From contig JAQUPG010000005.1 in NCBI GenBank assembly GCA_028716725.1, positions 2,453-66,452 of the forward strand: 64,000 nt of DNA, given 5' to 3'. A program made the translations under genes and the position numbers. Below the pieces are notes generated by a model. It saw nothing but the letters and a program-made list of their open reading frames with translations. It did not search any database and was not told where the DNA came from. Positions 56,321-64,000 of the stretch are shown one piece after another; position 1 is the stretch's first letter; each line of letters opens with the position of its first letter. This stretch comes from Patescibacteria group bacterium. Its GTDB lineage: Bacteria; Patescibacteriota; Patescibacteriia; Patescibacteriales; JAQTRU01.

Positions 56321-56557
56321 TTATCTTCTCCTGAAATTATCCTCAACAAGTTTTCCGGTTTTCCTCAAAAATTCTTTTTCTTTCCTTAAACGCAGACTCG
56401 TCAAGGCGTATTCTTTCTGCTGCCTTTTATTTTTTTTCGGCTCTAAATGCTGCTTCTGGCGGGCCACGTATAACCTTCCGCTTTGTTTCAAGCCCTTATT
56501 AAATCTTCTTAGAAAACTTTCAAAGCTTTCTCCCTTTTTTCTTTTAAACTCAGCCAC
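56321..56557 (-). CDS. rpsU: 30S ribosomal protein S21 (probable)
   Basis: 78 aa and very basic; ESFESFLRRFNKGLKQSGRL...KKNKRQQKE fits the S21 pattern. GTG start preceded by GGAGGTG. Confidence 0.6.
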   Translation of the reverse strand: MAEFKRKKGESFESFLRRFNKGLKQSGRLYVARQKQHLEPKKNKRQQKEYALTSLRLRKEKEFLRKTGKLVEDNFRRR

Positions 56558-56600
56558 CTCACACCTCCGTTCTAGTCCCGAGTGCTCGGGATAAATATTA

Positions 56601-57962
56601 TCATTTCCCCTTATTTAAATTTAATTTTTTTTCTATATCCTCTTTTATTCTCTTTTGGTTGACGATCTCCTGAATCCCGGAGTCCATATCCCGGAATAAA
56701 ATAGTCCCGTCCATAACTTCTTTCTGCCCTAAGATAAGGCTGAATTTCGCCCCGATGCGGTTAGCTTCTTCCAGCTGAACTTTTAAACTGTCCTTAGTAA
56801 AGGCCTGTCTGACTTTAAACCCGGCCCGGCGCAACTCTTCAAATATGGCAAAAGCTTTCCGCCTGGCTTGTTCTCCCAGCTGGGCCAGAAATATCAAATC
56901 GCCCTCTTCGCTTTTTAAAGGAATATTTTTCTCTCTTATCTTTGTGATTGTTCTCTCAATCCCTACGGCAAATCCGCAAGCCGGTGTCGGCCGGCCGCCC
57001 ATATATTTTACTAAACCGTCATAACGGCCGCCGCCGCCCAAAGCCAGCTTGCCCTGCGCCCCTCCTTCTTCTTCAATCGCCCAAATTTCAAATACTGTCC
57101 GGTTGTAATAATCCAAGCCTCTCACCAAGTATGGATTTAAATTATAATTAATATCCAGCTCATCTAAATATTCCAGGACTTTAATAAAATGCTCTCGGCA
57201 GCTATCGCATAAATAATCCACTATTTGCGGAGCCTCTTCTCTGGCTTCCAAACATTTTTCCTCCTTACAATCCAGGAGGCGCAGAGGATTTTTTACTATT
57301 CTTTTTTTGCAATCGCCGCATAACTTGGAACGCCGGCCCCTTTCTTTATAAAATTCAAGCAATTTTACCAAATATTCTTTCCGGCATTCTTCGCAACCGA
57401 TGCTGTTAATTTGAATCTGGACATTAACCTGCAGCTCGCAAAAAAAATTATAAGCAAGTAAAATCAATAAAACGTCGGCTACCGGCGCTTCTTCGCCGAA
57501 TATTTCCAAATCAAACTGGGTGGCCTGACGATACCGGCCGGCCTGCGGCTTATCATGCCTAAAAATCGGGCCCAGCCAAAACATCTTAACCGGCTGGGGC
57601 AGGTTAAACATCCCGTGCTCGATATAAGCCCTCACTAAAGAAGGCGTGGCTTCCGGCCGCAGAGATATTTTCTCTCCATTCTTATCAATAAAAGTGTACA
57701 TCTCCTTCGTCACAATATCGCTCCCTTTTCCGGTTGATCTTTCGTATAATTTTGTATTTTCCAGAACCGGAGTTTCAATTCTCCGAAAACCATAAGCCCG
57801 CGCCAGTTCCGTCGCCTTCTTTATCACCAAATCCCAGTATTTATATTCGTCAAAAAGAATATCTTTCATTCCTTTTAAGCGGGAAAATAAAATACTGGCA
57901 TTTTTTTCCTTTACCTCTTTAATTTTTGGCTTTTGCATTTTTATATTTTTTCTTCTCGGCAT
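56601..57962 (-). CDS. hisS: Histidine--tRNA ligase
   Basis: 453 aa with class II motifs, LVRGLDYYNRTVFE and GGGRYDGL. Confidence 0.95.
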   Translation of the reverse strand: MPRRKNIKMQKPKIKEVKEKNASILFSRLKGMKDILFDEYKYWDLVIKKATELARAYGFRRIETPVLENTKLYERSTGKGSDIVTKEMYTFIDKNGEKISLRPEATPSLVRAYIEHGMFNLPQPVKMFWLGPIFRHDKPQAGRYRQATQFDLEIFGEEAPVADVLLILLAYNFFCELQVNVQIQINSIGCEECRKEYLVKLLEFYKERGRRSKLCGDCKKRIVKNPLRLLDCKEEKCLEAREEAPQIVDYLCDSCREHFIKVLEYLDELDINYNLNPYLVRGLDYYNRTVFEIWAIEEEGGAQGKLALGGGGRYDGLVKYMGGRPTPACGFAVGIERTITKIREKNIPLKSEEGDLIFLAQLGEQARRKAFAIFEELRRAGFKVRQAFTKDSLKVQLEEANRIGAKFSLILGQKEVMDGTILFRDMDSGIQEIVNQKRIKEDIEKKLNLNKGK

Positions 57963-57968
57963 ATTAAT

Positions 57969-58532
57969 TTAATATTGATATTGAGGCAGTTTAAACAAAG
58001 TAATCCGGCTGAAAGGCCAGCCGCGGAGCACTACCTTGCCTGTTACAAAACTCCGGTTAACCGGACCGAAACTGCGGGAATCTTTTGAAGAATTGCGGTT
58101 ATCTCCCAGAACGAAATATTCTTCTTCGCCCAAACTGACGACATCTTCCGTCAGACTGTAGGTTTTAGTGCCGCTGGCCAGATAAGGCTCCTTTAAAATG
58201 AAACTGTCCGGATTGCCATTATTTAAAATGCGGACCTGGCCGTCTTTTATCTGAATTTTTTCACCCGGCAGGCCGATAATCCTTTTTATAAAAAACTCCT
58301 GCGGATTTTTAGGATAACGGAAAACAATAATATCGCCCCTCTCCGGCTTGCTGAACCTATAACTTATTTCGTCAATAATCAAATACTCCTGGTCGTAAAA
58401 ATTCGGTTCCATGGAAGCGCCTTTCACGTAAAAGGGCTGGACTAAAAAATACCTTATTGGGATTATGATCACCAAGGAGATGACGATAATTTTAATTAAT
58501 TCGAAAATGAAACTAAAAAATCCTTTTAGCAT
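57969..58532 (-). CDS. lepB: Signal peptidase I
   Basis: N-terminal TM helix, catalytic Ser box GASMEPNF, Lys box FIKRIIGLPGE, GDNRNSSKDSR. Confidence 0.9.
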   Translation of the reverse strand: MLKGFFSFIFELIKIIVISLVIIIPIRYFLVQPFYVKGASMEPNFYDQEYLIIDEISYRFSKPERGDIIVFRYPKNPQEFFIKRIIGLPGEKIQIKDGQVRILNNGNPDSFILKEPYLASGTKTYSLTEDVVSLGEEEYFVLGDNRNSSKDSRSFGPVNRSFVTGKVVLRGWPFSRITLFKLPQYQY

Positions 58533-58704
58533 GGGAATTTTAAAAATATAAAAATATAAATAACAAAATAAATTAAAAACCCTTTAAAAAGATTTTTTCT
58601 TTTATTTTTTATATTATTTTACTTTTATATTATTTTATTATTTTACTTTTATAACTATAACATTTAAAGTAAAAAAAATCAAATCTTCCAAGCAACCCCG
58701 TTTC

Positions 58705-59772
58705 TTAATAAATAAGCATCGCATCGCCATAGCTATAAAACCGATATTTCTTTTTTATGGCCTGCCCGTAGGCCTTATCAATATTTTTCTTCCCGGCAAA
58801 AGCCGAAACGAGCATCAGAAGGGTAGACTTAGGCAAATGAAAATTAGTAATCAGAGCATCAACGGCTTTAAATTTATAGCCGGGATAAATAAAAATGTCC
58901 GTCCAGCCAGAGTAATTTCGGATTTCGCCTGCCCGCCGGCAAGACAGGGATTTCGGATTTCGGATTTTTGAAAAAATCGTTTCCAGCGTCCTTGCACTCG
59001 TTGTCCCGACCGCTATTATCTTTCTGCCTTCCGATTTAGCCAGACAAATATCAGTGATAGTTTTTTTGTCCGCTTCCACCCACTCGGCATGCATCTTATG
59101 TTTCTTTATATTATCTACTTTAACCGGGGCAAAAGTGCCTAAACCGACATGCAAAGTCACATATTTTAATAATACGCCCTTCTTCCTTAATTTCTTTAGC
59201 AGGGCTGGCGTAAAGTGAAACCCGGCCGTTGGCGCCGCCACTGAACCGATTTTTTTATCATCGGCATAAACCGTTTGGTAATCCTCATTGTCAGCCCGCC
59301 GTCCGATATTCCTTTTTATATAAGGCGGCAGAGGCGTTAATCCGATTTTTCCCACCACCTTCATAAATTCTTTGCCGCTTTTATTAAATTTAATCTCCCA
59401 AGTCCCGTCTTTGTTGTCTTTCACGATCCGGCACCTTAACTCCCGGCCGAATTTTATTTCTAAACCCGGCCTTCTTCTTTTGCCGCCCAAAAGGCATTGC
59501 CATAAATTGTTCTTAATTTTGTTCAGTAAGAAAACTTCGATTTTCCCGCCGGTTTCTTTTTTCCCAATCAGCCGGGCCGGCATTACCTTAGAATTATTTA
59601 AAACCAAAACGTCTCCCGCCTTTAAATAATCTAAAATATCGTAAAAATGCTTATGCCCGACTTTGCCGGTTTTTTTAGAAATTAATAAAAGCCGCGAATG
59701 ATCTCGCGGTTTGATGGGTTTCTGGGCAATTAAATTTTTCGGTAAATTGTAATCAAAGTCACTAAGTCGCAT
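58705..59772 (-). CDS. queA: S-adenosylmethionine:tRNA ribosyltransferase-isomerase
   Basis: LSDFDYNLP, VGTTSARTLE, ITNFHLPKSTLLMLVSAFAG, YRFYSYGDAM. Confidence 0.95.
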   Translation of the reverse strand: MRLSDFDYNLPKNLIAQKPIKPRDHSRLLLISKKTGKVGHKHFYDILDYLKAGDVLVLNNSKVMPARLIGKKETGGKIEVFLLNKIKNNLWQCLLGGKRRRPGLEIKFGRELRCRIVKDNKDGTWEIKFNKSGKEFMKVVGKIGLTPLPPYIKRNIGRRADNEDYQTVYADDKKIGSVAAPTAGFHFTPALLKKLRKKGVLLKYVTLHVGLGTFAPVKVDNIKKHKMHAEWVEADKKTITDICLAKSEGRKIIAVGTTSARTLETIFSKIRNPKSLSCRRAGEIRNYSGWTDIFIYPGYKFKAVDALITNFHLPKSTLLMLVSAFAGKKNIDKAYGQAIKKKYRFYSYGDAMLIY

Positions 59773-59817
59773 AACGGCCTTCCTTTTTATTTATAATCTT
59801 AATTATAATTTAGAAAA

Positions 59818-60855
59818 TTACATCATTTTTTCCTGCCCCGGTTTCTGTTTCCCCAAATGCTTGTAGCCGATGTCGGTCACAATCCGGCCGCGGGGAGAAC
59901 GGTCAATAAAGCCGAGCTGCATTAAATACGGCTCATAAATTTCTTCAATCGTCGCCATTTCTTCTCCCGTAGATGCGGCAATGGCGTTTAAGCCGGCCGG
60001 GCCGCCGTTAAATTTTTCAATAATGGTTTCTAAAATTTTCCGGTCAATCCAGTCCAGACCCAACTCATCAACATCCAGTATTTTAAAAGCTTCCTGGCAA
60101 GTGGCATTTTCCACTTCGCCATTTCCCTTGACCTGGCAATAATCCCTGACTCTTTTTAATAACCGATTGGCGATTCTGGGAGTGCGGCGGGAGCGCCCGG
60201 CAATAATAGCCGCGGCTTCAGGATTTACTTTAACTCCCAAAATATTGGCGCTCCGGCTGACAATTTTGTTAATGTCTTCCAAGCCGTAAAAATCAAGCCG
60301 GTAAGTAAGGCCGAAACGGTCGCGCAAAGGAGAAGACAATAAACTTACTTTGGTGGTTGCGCCGATTATGGTAAAATGCGGCAAATCAATGCGCAAAGTC
60401 CGGGCAGACGGGCCTTTGCCAATAATAATATCAAGGGCATAATCTTCCATAGCCGGATATAAAATTTCTTCAATAGTTTTATTTAAGCGGTGGATCTCGT
60501 CAATAAATAAAATATCGCCTTCGCCCAAATTAGTTAAGATAGCCGCCAAGTCTCCGCTTTTTTCAATCGCCGGCCCGGAAGTCACTCTGATATTCGTACC
60601 TAGTTCGTTGGAAATCACATGGGCCAAAGTGGTTTTTCCCAAACCAGCCGGGCCATGAAGAAGCACATGCTCAATCGGCTCGCCCCTCCCCTTAGCCGCG
60701 TCCATAGTAATCTTTAAGCTTTCCTTAATTTTATCCTGACCCACGTATTCTTCCAATCTTTTCGGACGCAAAGTCAAATCCAAGGCTTTATCATTGCCCA
60801 GTTCTTCCGGATTTATTATTCTCTCTTTTAAATTTTGAGGTTGTTTGCTTGCCAT
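59818..60855 (-). CDS. ruvB: Holliday junction branch-migration ATPase RuvB
   Basis: Walker [12 protein letters not shown], Walker [10 protein letters not shown], sensor and winged-helix regions. Confidence 0.95.
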   Translation of the reverse strand: MASKQPQNLKERIINPEELGNDKALDLTLRPKRLEEYVGQDKIKESLKITMDAAKGRGEPIEHVLLHGPAGLGKTTLAHVISNELGTNIRVTSGPAIEKSGDLAAILTNLGEGDILFIDEIHRLNKTIEEILYPAMEDYALDIIIGKGPSARTLRIDLPHFTIIGATTKVSLLSSPLRDRFGLTYRLDFYGLEDINKIVSRSANILGVKVNPEAAAIIAGRSRRTPRIANRLLKRVRDYCQVKGNGEVENATCQEAFKILDVDELGLDWIDRKILETIIEKFNGGPAGLNAIAASTGEEMATIEEIYEPYLMQLGFIDRSPRGRIVTDIGYKHLGKQKPGQEKMM

Positions 60856-60903
60856 ATTTATATTTCAATCTTATCACCTTCCCTCCTTTTCGCAAACCCA
60901 TAA

Positions 60904-61371
60904 TTAGAAATAGAAAACTAAATACATAAACAGCAAAAGAGCGTAATTAAAAAGCATAAACCATTTATTGGACCAATTTATGCCGGAAAAATGAAAACGG
61001 GAAAACGGCCAAAGAATCGGCGTCGGGAAAAATTCGGTTGTATGGGTAAAAATATCCAAAAGGATATGCAGCCCCCAGGCATAATAAACAACCAGCCACC
61101 AGGAAAGGCCGAAAATTTTTAAAACCAAAAATATGGCCAGCCAAATGACCAAGCTGTGGGTAACGTCATAAAGTTTAAAAACATACTTAGGTATCGTCGC
61201 CATGGGCGGGGCTTCAAAATGAAGGGTCTTTTTGACAAAATTGCTAAGGGTTAAGGAGGAAAAACTGACAAAATCCGGCAATAACCCGAATAAAACCGCC
61301 AGGCCTTTCTGCTCGGCCGGCAGCCCCTTAAAAATTAGATTTGTCCACAAAGCGTGGGAAATTATATCCAT
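60904..61371 (-). CDS. Membrane-bound metal-dependent hydrolase-like protein (YdjM/DUF457-like)
   Basis: 155 aa starting MDIISHALW, with multiple helices and His-containing loops (LHILLDIFTH). Confidence 0.45.
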   Translation of the reverse strand: MDIISHALWTNLIFKGLPAEQKGLAVLFGLLPDFVSFSSLTLSNFVKKTLHFEAPPMATIPKYVFKLYDVTHSLVIWLAIFLVLKIFGLSWWLVVYYAWGLHILLDIFTHTTEFFPTPILWPFSRFHFSGINWSNKWFMLFNYALLLFMYLVFYF

Positions 61372-61417
61372 AAGTTCAAGACGTTAATTTATTTTTAAAC
61401 ATTTTGGTGAACCATTG

Positions 61418-61558
61418 ATACGAATATCTTAGTTATTTTTAAGTATTAATATAATAATACGAATGATACGAATGAATACGAATATTTATTTAATAATTTT
61501 TTCCAATAATTAATTTTTATCATTAGTATTTATTCGTATCATTCGCATATATTCGTAT
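61418..61558. repeat. Array of ATACGAAT octamers: one isolated, three direct (61457, 61466, 61476) and three inverted (61532, 61541 with one mismatch, 61551)
   Basis: Read directly. Both triplets have 9-10 bp spacing and mirror each other across a 48-bp AT-rich spacer. Located between the helicase stop (61566) and the 61371 start. Confidence 0.7.
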
Positions 61559-61565
61559 ATTAGTA

Positions 61566-64000
61566 TCATACTTTCCTAAATTCGCAAATATTATAAAAAT
61601 CGCAAAATTTGCAAAGCGCCGAAGGCTTAGGCGGAAATTCGCCTTTTTTTATTTCGGCAATGGTAGACACAATCTTTTCCTTTGTTTTCTCCAGCTCATC
61701 CTGGCTGCCCAAAAATTTAACTTCGGTGTTATTGTCTAAATAATAAAAAGCTAAAGAGTCAATTTCCTGGCGGAAAAGTTCTTCGGCCGCTAATTGATAA
61801 ATCAAAAGCTGATATTTTTCTTCAAAAATTAATTTCTCCTTGGGGCCGCCGGTTTTGTAATCAATAATTTTTATTTTCCCGTTTGCCTCATCAATCCTGT
61901 CCATTACTCCGCGCACCGTATACAATTCGTCGCCAACCTTAACTTTAGTATTAAAGCCCTTTTCCAGAAAAATTGCGTTCGGCCAATTGTCTTTATATTT
62001 TTCATAAAAATCTTTAATAATTTCCTTGCCTTTCTTTTTGTACGTTTCCTTTTCCGCCTTATTTTCATACCAATCATCAACCCAGCTCTGCTCATATAAT
62101 TTTAAAATTTCTTCCAGGTTAATTTTAACATCTTTTTTAGATTTACCGAAATTTTGCTTTTGGCCGAATAAGTCCGTCTGTTCCTGCTTCTTCTTTTCTT
62201 CAATTAAATTAAACAATTTCTGTAGAGTGGCATGCATAGTTTTACCAAAAGAAAAAACGTGCTTGCCTCGGATAGGAATTCTTAGAATATGGGCAAAACG
62301 ATATTGATAAGGGCAATTCGAGAAAGCCGCTAATTGCGTATAAGAAAAATAGGAAGGGATTGCCGGCTTGGCAATTTCCCTTTCCGCCGCCACAACAGTT
62401 TTGGTTTCTAAAACATTTGTTTTGGAGATTTTAATTTTTTTGGTTTTATTTTTTTCTATAAGGCCGCATTCTTCTAAGAATCGCGAAGGCTTTTTCTCCC
62501 TGGCTCCGCCATAGTCGCGAGCCCAGGAAAAATAAAGCCCGGCCTTGGCCCGCGTCATGGCCACGTAAAACAATCTTCTCTCTTCTTCTAAATGAATATC
62601 CCCTTCCGGAAGAATTTCCTTAACTAAAGCATCCGGAATGGCAATCTGCTCGCTTCTTTCAATCGTGGGAAAGCGCTTATCAACCAAACCGGCAATAAAA
62701 ACGTATTTAAATTCTAAGCCCTTGGCGCCATGAGCCGTCATCACTTTTATCGTTTCCGGCCCGGCTTCTGGGTCAACCGGCATTGTTCCTTCTTCCCCGG
62801 CGTCAATCTCCATTTGTAATTCAACTAAAAACGCCTTAACGCTTTTATCATCACTGCCTTTGGCAAATTCTTCCACTCTTTTTATAAACTGGTTAAGGTA
62901 GCCGGCTGTCTCCCGGCTTTTTTGCTCATCTTGCCCCAATAAATATTTTAAATAACCGCTGTCATTTAAAAAAGCCAAAATAACTTCGCTGGCATTCTTG
63001 TCCCTGGTTAAAGCCGTATGTTTGTCAATTAAAGATAAAACCGCCTCAGCTTTTTTTTGCACTTCCATTCCTAAATTTAAAGCGGAAACATTGCGCAGAA
63101 CTTCATAAAGCGACCAGGCTTTTTTATTAGCCCAATAATTAAAATTAACTAATTCATTGTAAGTAAATTTAAAAACCGGCAAATTTAAAACGCGGTAAGC
63201 CGCTATGCTTTCATGGTAATCGTCTAGCAGTTTTAAATAGGAAATTATATCCATTATCACCGGCTTGGTATAGAGGCCGCGGGACGATAAAAATTGGTAG
63301 GGCAGCTCGGCCGCAGCTAAAAAAGAGCAAATTTCCTTAGCGCTTTCGTTCGCCCGGACTAAAATCGCGAAGTCATCCCAGATAGCGCTTTTATCCTTAA
63401 TTTTTAAATCCACGATTTTCTCGATTATTAATTTTATCTCCTCATTTAAATTTTGTCCTTCCATAACCTCAATCACTCCTTCCCCTTTGTTATCAGCAAA
63501 CAATTTTTTACTCAAATTTGTTTTTTTGCTTTCTTGTTTTTTTGCTTTCTTGTTTAGCTGGTATTCCAGCCTATTCGGGTCGTTCTGCTTTATGAATTTA
63601 TAAGACAAATCCAGAATGTTCTGCTTGTTGCGGTAATTATTAATTAAAAAAATCTGCTCGGCTTGCGGGTAGTCTTTTTTATATTGTAAAATATTGGATA
63701 CGGACGCCCCGCGGAATTTATAAATTGACTGGTCGTCGTCTCCCACCACCACTAAATTATTTTTCGGGCTGGCGAGCATTTTTATTAATTCATATTGGGC
63801 CCAATTAGTATCCTGAAATTCATCCAGCAAAATATATTTAAATTGCTTCCGGTATTTTTCTAAAATCGCCGGCCGGGAACGGAATAATTTTAAGCAATAA
63901 TTTATTAAATCCCCGAAATCCAAAGAATTATTATCTAAAAGCAATTGCTGATAAACATGATAAGCGTTCGCCACTTCATTTATTCTCGCCACTTCCTGCG
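61566..64000 (-). CDS. UvrD/PcrA/AddA-type superfamily 1 helicase with C-terminal PD-(D/E)XK (Cas4/AddB-like, Cys-cluster) nuclease; N-terminus lies outside the window
   Basis: Motif II LLDEFQDTN, motif III VGDDDQSIYKFRGA, motif V/VI MTAHGAKGLEF and RRLFYVAMTRAK. Nuclease MDRIDE...IIDYKTG, with Cys residues CPYQY ... CKFCDFYNIC. The ORF is open to the window edge. Confidence 0.85.
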   Translation of the reverse strand, partial: QEVARINEVANAYHVYQQLLLDNNSLDFGDLINYCLKLFRSRPAILEKYRKQFKYILLDEFQDTNWAQYELIKMLASPKNNLVVVGDDDQSIYKFRGASVSNILQYKKDYPQAEQIFLINNYRNKQNILDLSYKFIKQNDPNRLEYQLNKKAKKQESKKTNLSKKLFADNKGEGVIEVMEGQNLNEEIKLIIEKIVDLKIKDKSAIWDDFAILVRANESAKEICSFLAAAELPYQFLSSRGLYTKPVIMDIISYLKLLDDYHESIAAYRVLNLPVFKFTYNELVNFNYWANKKAWSLYEVLRNVSALNLGMEVQKKAEAVLSLIDKHTALTRDKNASEVILAFLNDSGYLKYLLGQDEQKSRETAGYLNQFIKRVEEFAKGSDDKSVKAFLVELQMEIDAGEEGTMPVDPEAGPETIKVMTAHGAKGLEFKYVFIAGLVDKRFPTIERSEQIAIPDALVKEILPEGDIHLEEERRLFYVAMTRAKAGLYFSWARDYGGAREKKPSRFLEECGLIEKNKTKKIKISKTNVLETKTVVAAEREIAKPAIPSYFSYTQLAAFSNCPYQYRFAHILRIPIRGKHVFSFGKTMHATLQKLFNLIEEKKKQEQTDLFGQKQNFGKSKKDVKINLEEILKLYEQSWVDDWYENKAEKETYKKKGKEIIKDFYEKYKDNWPNAIFLEKGFNTKVKVGDELYTVRGVMDRIDEANGKIKIIDYKTGGPKEKLIFEEKYQLLIYQLAAEELFRQEIDSLAFYYLDNNTEVKFLGSQDELEKTKEKIVSTIAEIKKGEFPPKPSALCKFCDFYNICEFRKV

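Noticed and set aside
56577-56590. CCCGAGTGCTCGGG hairpin after hisS as a terminator
   Set aside because: The stem is only 5-6 bp with a 2-4-nt loop and no following U-run on the minus strand. It sits immediately upstream of the rpsU Shine-Dalgarno, so its function is unclear and was not called.

Overview
AT-rich, very gene-dense bacterial window read with the standard code. Every supported gene except one (rel, 54307-55764) lies on the minus strand. Gene content suggests a Candidate Phyla Radiation / Patescibacteria (Parcubacteria-like) genome; this is an inference, not a database result. The cues are a short Rel enzyme, GatCA, prepilin-type proteins, VirB2-like pilin domains, cohesin/dockerin proteins, huge secreted proteins and almost no metabolism. 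Layout: (1) 9-18492 is a low-GC glycan-biosynthesis island. It holds pseB, an ABC exporter, two GT-C-like membrane proteins, two GtrA-like proteins, two polyprenol-phosphate-type GT2, two GT4, three methyltransferases, a radical SAM/SPASM enzyme and a FemAB-like plus polysaccharide-deacetylase pair. (2) 18506-30140 is a visibly GC-richer accessory block. It holds an AbrB-like gene plus an unknown 319-aa gene behind a 28-bp perfect palindrome, a 1520-aa fibre with Asp-box repeats and an internal S74 chaperone domain, and two membrane-anchored cohesin-like proteins plus a dockerin protein. (3) tRNA-Ser(GGA) sits beside an IS200/RAYT-like HUH transposase with cognate palindromes, followed by gatA, gatC and ligA. 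(4) 34724-54141 is a surface-appendage island. It contains a Cys-rich gene frameshifted by a 10-bp tandem duplication, four prepilin-type genes, a GWISFN-repeat protein, three tandem thrombospondin-type-3-repeat proteins and an 856-aa Cys-repeat protein. It also contains two giant proteins (1896 and 683 aa) whose N-termini are paralogous VirB2/T4SS-pilin-like membrane domains; dgkA and ybeY are embedded in this block. (5) 54307-64000 is housekeeping: rel, a YqeY-like gene, rpsU, hisS, lepB, queA, ruvB and a UvrD-type helicase-nuclease truncated by the window edge. My best candidates for an undescribed system are the cohesin/dockerin plus fibre operon and the pilin-domain-anchored giant adhesins with their neighbours. 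No rRNA, CRISPR array, reverse transcriptase or secretion ATPase is visible.
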